From assembly GCA_965223325.1 (NCBI GenBank), contig CBDCWI010000002.1, forward strand, positions 2,528,001 through 2,592,000: a stretch of 64,000 bases of DNA. The letters are read 5' to 3'. Shown here piece by piece: positions 58,013 to 64,000 of this stretch (position 1 is the stretch's first letter; each line of letters begins with the position of its first letter). Position numbers and translations under genes: made by a program. The notes beneath the pieces are model-generated. The model made no database searches and was not told where the DNA came from. It saw nothing but the letters and a program-made list of their open reading frames with translations. This stretch comes from Candidatus Multivoradales bacterium (GTDB taxonomy: Bacteria > Acidobacteriota > Thermoanaerobaculia > Multivoradales > Multivoraceae).

Positions 58013-59707
58013 ATGCGCCATTCGAACCCCTCTACGCGCCGAAGGCGCACCCGCCCTCGGCTGACCGCCGCAGCCGTTCGAAGGGGCTGCCCGCCGGGAG
58101 CCGCCACGCTCCTGCTCGCGGTCATCGCGGTGTTGGCGATCGGGTGTCGGAGCCGAGATGACAAGGCGACCGAGGGCAGTGCCAACTCCGGGAGAGTGCC
58201 CGGAGCCGCGGTAGTGGGCACGGTCTTCGACGTGCCAACGGTCAACGAACTGATCGACCCGGGTAGCGGTCTCAGCGGCGCCGTCATCGACCTGCTCTTC
58301 GCCTCCCTGGTCACCGACCAACCCGATCTCGCCGGCGGACCCGGCGAATTCGTACCCGATCTAGCCGCCTCCTGGTCCTACAGCGAAGACCGCACCGCGA
58401 TCACCTTCGAGCTGCGCGAGGCACAGTGGAGCGATGGCACGCCCATCAGCGCGCAAGATGTGCTGTTCACCTGGCAAGCACAGACCAGCCCCGAGGTCGG
58501 GTGGCCCTTCGCCGATATCAAGAGCAACATCAAGGACGTCGAAGTCCTAGCGCCCGCGAGTGTCCGCTTCCATCTCCATCGACAGGCCGCGCACAGCGAT
58601 CTGGCACTCATCAACGACGGCGTGATCCTGCCATCGCACGCCTGGGGTGCGTTGCCATTCTCAGAATGGCGTACCGGTGGCGCCTGGTTCGAAGAACACC
58701 TGGTCACCTCCGGACCCATGACCATGCAAGCGCGCCGCGCGGGCGAAACCATCGAACTGAAACGCAACCCCAGCTACTGGAACAACGACAGCACCACCCT
58801 CGAACGGGCTGTGTTTCGTATTGTCCCCGACCGAGCCGCCCTGGTGGAACAGTTGCTCTCGGGCAGCGTCGATGTGATGCGCCATCCTCCAACCAGCGAC
58901 CTCGAAAGGCTCGAGCAGTCGCCCGAGGTAGACCTCCTCACCTACCCGAATCGCAACTTCGACTTCGTGATGTGGAATGTGAAGCGCCCACCCTTCACCA
59001 GTGGGAGACTACGCCTGGCGATGCAGCTCGCCGTCGACCGGGAGGCGATGGTCGAGACGTTGATCGCCGGCCGCGGGCAGGTCGCCTCGTCTCCGTTCGT
59101 GACCTGGGCGTGGCCCAAGGCGCCCGTGCCACCGCGCGTCTTCGACCCTGATGCAGCCGAGATGCTGCTCGAGCGAGGGGGTTGGCAAGACAACGGCGAT
59201 GGACCACGCACGAAGGGGGGCGAACCGCTACGCTTCGAGTTGCTCACGATCGCCGGTAACTCACGGCGCGCGCGAGCTGCCCAGATGCTTCAGGCCCAGC
59301 TCGCCGAGGTGGGGGTCGAGGTGGTCATCGACAGCGTCGACGTCAGCCGCTTCACTCAGAAGACCACGAGCCACGACTTCGATGCCGCTCTCTTCGGCCT
59401 GTCGATGGATACGTCGTTCGACCTCTCCTACAGCTTTCACAGCGACGCCATCGATGGCGGCCTCAACTACGGGGGTTACGCCAGCGAGGATCTCGACCGC
59501 TTGATCGAACGTGTCAACGCCGCCCCAGACCTTGCCACGCTCGAACCTGATCTCCAGGCGATTCGCAAGCACTTTCGAGACCGCCAACCGCTCCTGTTTC
59601 TCTACGAGGCCGACGGCGTCGTGGCGGCGCGCAGGAACGTGCATAACGTACAGCCCAGCGCACTGGGTGAGTTCGTCAACCTGCCCCAGTGGCGCGTGAC
59701 CGACTGA
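58013..59707 (+). CDS. ABC transporter substrate-binding lipoprotein, family 5 (peptide/nickel)
   Basis: Lipobox AIGC, PDLAASW, WSDGTP.SA.DV.FT, SGP, R.A...AVDRE, NYGGY. Confidence 0.92.
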   Translation: MRHSNPSTRRRRTRPRLTAAAVRRGCPPGAATLLLAVIAVLAIGCRSRDDKATEGSANSGRVPGAAVVGTVFDVPTVNELIDPGSGLSGAVIDLLFASLVTDQPDLAGGPGEFVPDLAASWSYSEDRTAITFELREAQWSDGTPISAQDVLFTWQAQTSPEVGWPFADIKSNIKDVEVLAPASVRFHLHRQAAHSDLALINDGVILPSHAWGALPFSEWRTGGAWFEEHLVTSGPMTMQARRAGETIELKRNPSYWNNDSTTLERAVFRIVPDRAALVEQLLSGSVDVMRHPPTSDLERLEQSPEVDLLTYPNRNFDFVMWNVKRPPFTSGRLRLAMQLAVDREAMVETLIAGRGQVASSPFVTWAWPKAPVPPRVFDPDAAEMLLERGGWQDNGDGPRTKGGEPLRFELLTIAGNSRRARAAQMLQAQLAEVGVEVVIDSVDVSRFTQKTTSHDFDAALFGLSMDTSFDLSYSFHSDAIDGGLNYGGYASEDLDRLIERVNAAPDLATLEPDLQAIRKHFRDRQPLLFLYEADGVVAARRNVHNVQPSALGEFVNLPQWRVTD

Positions 59708-59725
59708 ATCAAGAGGAACAGCGAC

Positions 59726-60697
59726 GTGAGCGCTTTCTTGGTTCGCCGGCTGGCCGCCTCGGCGGTTCTTCTGGTGCTCGTGTTGTCGGCCACCTTCGCG
59801 CTGTTTGCACTCGTGCCCGGCGAAGCCACCGATCGCTGGAACGACCCGCGAATTCCAGCGGCAGAGCGAGAGCGGGCCGAGGCGCTCTGGGGGCTCGATC
59901 GACCGGCACACGAACAGTTCACCGGTTGGTGGCGGCGCCTTCTCGCTGGCGACCTCGGTTGGTCTCACTCAGAAGCGCGGCCGGTCAGCACCGTCATCCG
60001 CGAGCGCGCACCGCAGACTCTCCTCCTCGCCGTCGGCGCCGGCCTGGTTGCGGTCTTGTTGGGAACTCTGGTCGCGGTCCTCGGCGCATCGCGACCCGGC
60101 TCCACGATCGATCGGCTGCTCGGAGCGACCTCCATGCTGCTGTGGTCGACGCCGGGCTTCTGGTTCGCGCTACTCGTCGTTCTCCTCTTCTCTCACCGTC
60201 TGGACCTTTTCCCGCCCAGTGGCGTGACGTCTCTCGCACCACCGGCCGGCTCTCTCGGTGCACTGCTCGACCGCTTGCATCACCTGGCGCTTCCGGCGCT
60301 GGTCCTGGCGACCCCCATGGCAGTCGAGATCTCGCGCTTCCTTCGCAGCGCCCTCTTGCAACAAAAGAGGAGCGACTGGTGGCGCGCCGGGCGTGCGCGC
60401 GGACTCTCGACCCGACTGCTGTGGCGCCACGGTCTGCGGCAGGCGTACGCTCCGCTCCTTCACGTCGTTGCTCTTCGGGTCGGCCAGTGGACGGCCGGGG
60501 CAGTGATCGTTGAATCGATTTTTGCCTGGCCGGGGCTCGGCCGCGCGCTCCTCGCCGCCGCCAGCAGCCAGGACTGGGAGCTCGTCCTCGCGCTCACCGC
60601 CCTGACCGGTACTGCGGTCATCATTCTCGGGCTGCTCGCCGACATCGCCCAGGCGGCCCTCGATCCTCGCGTGCGCCTCGAAGAGGCGAAGCCATGA
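59726..60697 (+). CDS. ABC permease OppB/DppB-like
   Basis: FLVRRL, VPG, GLDRP..Q...W, GDLG.S, HL.LP, RARGL, VESIFAWPGLG. Confidence 0.92.
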   Translation: MSAFLVRRLAASAVLLVLVLSATFALFALVPGEATDRWNDPRIPAAERERAEALWGLDRPAHEQFTGWWRRLLAGDLGWSHSEARPVSTVIRERAPQTLLLAVGAGLVAVLLGTLVAVLGASRPGSTIDRLLGATSMLLWSTPGFWFALLVVLLFSHRLDLFPPSGVTSLAPPAGSLGALLDRLHHLALPALVLATPMAVEISRFLRSALLQQKRSDWWRAGRARGLSTRLLWRHGLRQAYAPLLHVVALRVGQWTAGAVIVESIFAWPGLGRALLAAASSQDWELVLALTALTGTAVIILGLLADIAQAALDPRVRLEEAKP

Positions 60698-61713
60698 ACC
60701 GTGCGACTCGCCCACTACGGCTGGCCGGCGCTCTACTGCTCACCGCGATCGCTCTCCTGGCACTCTTCGCACCGGCAGTCGTGCCCCACGACCCGGCGGC
60801 ACAAATCGACCCCGCCATGTCAGCGCGGCAACCGCCGGGGACGACTCTGTGGCTGGTCAAGACAAGCGGCCCTCGCAGGCTGTTGCTGGCGGAAGACGTC
60901 CAATGGCAGGAGGACGAGCTGGTCCTGGAGCGCCGGAACGGAACTCTCACCGTTCCACGCCACGAGGTCTCGAACCCAACCACTGCCGGTGTCGCTGACA
61001 AGCTGACGTTTCTCCTCGGTACCGACTCTCTGGGTCGTGACCTGCTCTCACGAGTACTCGCCGGTGCGCGCGGATCTCTCCTGATCGCTGCGTTCGCAAC
61101 GCTCATTGCATCGGTCCTCGGTTGTTTGATCGGCGCCCTGGCGGGTCTCGGTCCGGCCTGGCTCGATCGCCTGCTGATGGCTCTGACCGACGCCCTGTTG
61201 GCCTTCCCGGTCCTCGTTCTGCTGCTCGCTGTCGGTGCCATGGCGCGTCCCAGCATCTTCGCCCTCGCGTTCCTCCTGGGGAGCCTGAGTTGGATGGCGA
61301 TCGCGCGTCTCATCCGCGCCGAACTGCGCTCCCTACGCGAACGCGCCTGGGTCCTGCAGGCACGCTCGCAGGGCCAGAGCGAAGCGCGCATTTTCCGCCA
61401 TCACCTGCTACCCCACCTGCTGCCGACTCTGTTGATCGCCGCCAGTCTCGAGATCGCGAGTGTCGTGCTCGCCGAGTCGGCGCTCAGCTTTCTCGGTTTT
61501 GGCGTGCGCGCGCCGGCAGTCAGTTGGGGCAGCATGATCGCTGACGGTCGGGAGCTCCTGGTCACCGCGCCTTGGGTCACCCTGGTTCCTGGGTTCGGGC
61601 TTCTCTTCACAGTTCTCGCGCTGCACTGGATCGCGGGCGACGATCAGTGGACCTCCCGCTCCGGGGCCGCGCCACGCCGCCGCCAGCGAGACCAAGCGAG
61701 AAGTGAGCGATGA
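60694..61713 (+). CDS. ABC permease OppC/DppC-like
   Basis: LGTDSLGRDLLSR..GAR.SL, HLLP, ESALSFLGFG..P..SWG.MI. Confidence 0.92.
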   Translation: MNRATRPLRLAGALLLTAIALLALFAPAVVPHDPAAQIDPAMSARQPPGTTLWLVKTSGPRRLLLAEDVQWQEDELVLERRNGTLTVPRHEVSNPTTAGVADKLTFLLGTDSLGRDLLSRVLAGARGSLLIAAFATLIASVLGCLIGALAGLGPAWLDRLLMALTDALLAFPVLVLLLAVGAMARPSIFALAFLLGSLSWMAIARLIRAELRSLRERAWVLQARSQGQSEARIFRHHLLPHLLPTLLIAASLEIASVVLAESALSFLGFGVRAPAVSWGSMIADGRELLVTAPWVTLVPGFGLLFTVLALHWIAGDDQWTSRSGAAPRRRQRDQARSER

Positions 61714-62816
61714 GGGCTGCGCTTTTCGACTACCAGCTTCCAGAGGAGGCCATCGCCCAGCATCCTTTGCCGCGCGGCGAGAGCCGCCTCTTTGTCCTCG
61801 ACAGGTCGGGCAGTGAGCGCCACGCGAGCATCCGCGACTTTGCGTCACTCCTCGAACCCCGCGACCTGCTAGTGCTCAACGACACCAAGGTGCTGCCGGC
61901 CAGGCTCTTTGCCCATCTACCAACCGGCGGCCGCGTCGAGCTACTGCTGCTCGAAGCGATCGAAGACAACCTCTGGCGAGCCCTCGGCCGGCCCCTGCGC
62001 AAGCTTCGGCCCGGCACAACGCTCGACGTCGAGACGGCCCAGGGAGCACCGCCGGTATCGTTGGTCGTCAGTGAGCGGGACGACACGTCGATCCTGGTTC
62101 AGTACGACCCGCCGGATGCTGGCGAAACCGACGCACTGCGAACGATGCGTGCGCTGCTCGAACGCTACGGGCACACACCTCTCCCGCCCTATATCAAGCG
62201 CCCCGACAACACCGAGGATCGCCAGGACTACCAGACCGTCTACGCCCGTCACCCAGGGTCAGTCGCCGCGCCAACCGCCGGACTGCACTTCGACGAGGCC
62301 CTGCTGGCCGAGCTCGACGGGAACGGAATCGAGCGTGTCGCAGTCACCCTGCATGTAGGAATCGGCACCTTCCGTCCCGTCCAGGTCGACGACACCGAGG
62401 ACCATCGCATGCACTTCGAGCGCTATAGCATCAACGAAGACGCGGTGCGGGCGATCGAAGACACGAAGGCGCAGGGAGGGCGCATCGTCGCCGTCGGCAC
62501 GACCGTCGTACGAACCCTCGAAGCCGCTGCCCGCAAGGCACGATCGCTCGACCACACGAAACTGCTGCTGGCGGGCGCCGGCGAGACAGACCTCTTCCTC
62601 ACTCCCGGCGAGCAGTTCCAGGTGGTTGACGCCCTGTTGACCAACTTCCACCTGCCCCGCTCTTCCCTGTTGATGCTGGTGGCGGCCTTCGGCGGTCGAG
62701 AGCGCGTTCTTTCTGCCTACGAGGAGGCGGTTCGGGAGGGCTACCGCTTTTTCTCCTACGGCGACGCCATGTTCCTCGAGCGCAGAATGCGTGACGCCAT
62801 CAACGCGGCGCCGTAG
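61710..62816 (+). CDS. queA: S-adenosylmethionine:tRNA ribosyltransferase-isomerase
   Basis: FDY.LP.E.IAQ.P, NDTKV.PARL, PLPPYI.R, YQTVYA..GSVAAPTAGLHF, LHVG.GTF.PV, TNFHLP, YRFFSYGDAM. Confidence 0.97.
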   Translation: MRAALFDYQLPEEAIAQHPLPRGESRLFVLDRSGSERHASIRDFASLLEPRDLLVLNDTKVLPARLFAHLPTGGRVELLLLEAIEDNLWRALGRPLRKLRPGTTLDVETAQGAPPVSLVVSERDDTSILVQYDPPDAGETDALRTMRALLERYGHTPLPPYIKRPDNTEDRQDYQTVYARHPGSVAAPTAGLHFDEALLAELDGNGIERVAVTLHVGIGTFRPVQVDDTEDHRMHFERYSINEDAVRAIEDTKAQGGRIVAVGTTVVRTLEAAARKARSLDHTKLLLAGAGETDLFLTPGEQFQVVDALLTNFHLPRSSLLMLVAAFGGRERVLSAYEEAVREGYRFFSYGDAMFLERRMRDAINAAP

Positions 62817-63520
62817 CCATTGTCGATGTTGACCACTGCGACACCGGGAGCGCAGCCATTGAGCATCGTCAAGAGTGCAGCCAGGCCATCGAAAGCCGAA
62901 CCGTAGCCGACGCTCGTTGGCACGGCGATGACCGGCAGCCCGACCAGGCCCGCCACCAGCGTCGGCAGCGCACCGTCCATTCCCGCCACCACGATGGCGC
63001 AGCGCGCGTCGCGCACTCGCGGCAGATGGGCAAGCAGGCGATGGACACCCGCAACCCCAACGTCCCAGAACCGTTCGACGGAGTGACCGTGCCACTCCGC
63101 GACTTGCGCCGCCTCTTCGGCCACTCCCAGGTCTGACGTACCGGCAGAGAGAACGGCGATATCGGTTCCGTCGCCGGCGGTTGGTGCTGGCTCGCCGAGA
63201 CGGAACAACCGACTGCGTGGATCGTAGCCGCCACCAAATCGACGCTCCAGGTCGGCACCACGGTCCTCGTTGACCCGTGTCGCAAGAACACGCCCCAGGC
63301 GAGCGATCGCAGCCTCGACGATCAGCACCAGTTCCTCGTCGCTCTTGCCGGACGCCAGGATCGCTTCCGGATGGCCGGCACGGAGCTCGCGCTGGAGGTC
63401 GAGTTTCGCCACACCGAGATCGAGAAAGGGCGATTCCGCCAGCCGAGCACTGGCGTCCTCCGGTGTGGTTTCACCCGCGGCGACCCGCTCGAGAAGCGAC
63501 TGCAGCTCCTCGGGACTCAA
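62756..63520 (-). CDS. larB: Nickel-pincer cofactor biosynthesis protein LarB (NaAD carboxylase/hydrolase)
   Basis: D..RE.R.G.PE.I...GK, AGTSD..VAEEA, DVGVAG.HRL, VAGMDGALP, PTSVGYG, MLN.C..G..VVNIDNG.GAA. TTG start overlaps the larE stop (TTGA). Confidence 0.92.
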   Translation of the reverse strand: MSPEELQSLLERVAAGETTPEDASARLAESPFLDLGVAKLDLQRELRAGHPEAILASGKSDEELVLIVEAAIARLGRVLATRVNEDRGADLERRFGGGYDPRSRLFRLGEPAPTAGDGTDIAVLSAGTSDLGVAEEAAQVAEWHGHSVERFWDVGVAGVHRLLAHLPRVRDARCAIVVAGMDGALPTLVAGLVGLPVIAVPTSVGYGSAFDGLAALLTMLNGCAPGVAVVNIDNGYGAALMASRILRSRNMASP

Positions 63521-64000
63521 GGGAGCGCCTTCTTCTCGGGCACCTTCATCTCGGAAACCCTCTGAGGAAAGCCTCTCTCTGAGGAGCCCCTCTCCAAGGG
63601 GGCGTCGGCACCTCCCGAGCGATAGCCGCGACGATCGAATGCAGCACGGGCAAAACCCACCGCCAGAATCTTCGGCTCGAGTCGAGGCCATTCCGCCGCC
63701 AGGCGCTCGACCTCGTCAACGCCTACTTCCACCCGGGCACCGTCACTATCGTGGCGTACGCGGAAGACGCGGTAGCCGGCGGCGGCCAGAAGATCTTCGG
63801 CACGCTCGACGCGGCGAAGTTTGCCAAGCGTCACCACCTGGCCATGGGGGATCCGCGACGAGAGACAGGCGTTCGCCGGCCGATCCCACACCGAGAGATC
63901 GAGGTGCCGGGCCAGCTGGCGAACGTCGGCTTTCGAAACACGGTGAGCCAGGAGCGGCGAGTACACGCCACGCTCCTCGATCGCCGCGAGACCAGGCCGG
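63517..64000 (-). CDS. larE: LarE-like ATP-dependent sulfur transferase (5' part outside the window)
   Basis: RPGLAAIEERGVYSPL, K.DVR.LA, P..ACLSSRIP.G, RVRH...AR.EV, GY.SG. Confidence 0.9.
   Translation of the reverse strand, partial: RPGLAAIEERGVYSPLLAHRVSKADVRQLARHLDLSVWDRPANACLSSRIPHGQVVTLGKLRRVERAEDLLAAAGYRVFRVRHDSDGARVEVGVDEVERLAAEWPRLEPKILAVGFARAAFDRRGYRSGGADAPLERGSSERGFPQRVSEMKVPEKKALP

Noticed and set aside
63521-63691. N-terminal extension of LarB given by the ORF track
   Set aside because: It overlaps the larE 3' end. The TTG at 63520 with stop/start coupling is the more plausible start.

Overview
GC-rich bacterial chromosomal window, most likely Acidobacteriota. This is an inference from an ADOP-type duplicated permease, a TIGR02999-type ECF sigma factor with a PD40 Ser/Thr kinase, and the gene style. 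Housekeeping blocks lie at both ends: tig, tRNA-Leu, tRNA-Lys and thiS on the left; rsfS-nadD-obgE-rpmA-rplU, an opp-like ABC cluster, queA and larB/larE on the right. Between them is an accessory region with a MerR/Cu(I)-ATPase operon, tdh-kbl, a heme oxygenase, two ECF modules, many secreted enzymes, a 3743-aa C25 (gingipain-like) repeat protein, several gene remnants and one 166-bp MITE-like element. The best candidate for an undescribed system is a divergent pair. One gene is a secreted S8 protease ending in 8 perfect QGFAWD hexapeptide repeats whose nucleotide variation is entirely synonymous. The other is a membrane diguanylate cyclase with a beta-propeller/Y_Y_Y periplasmic sensor. Together they suggest a protease-released peptide signal read out as c-di-GMP. 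Two small genes missed by the ORF track were also found (19191-19370 and 56233-56409). No CRISPR array, integrase or transposase was seen. All family assignments come from motif recognition, not database searches.
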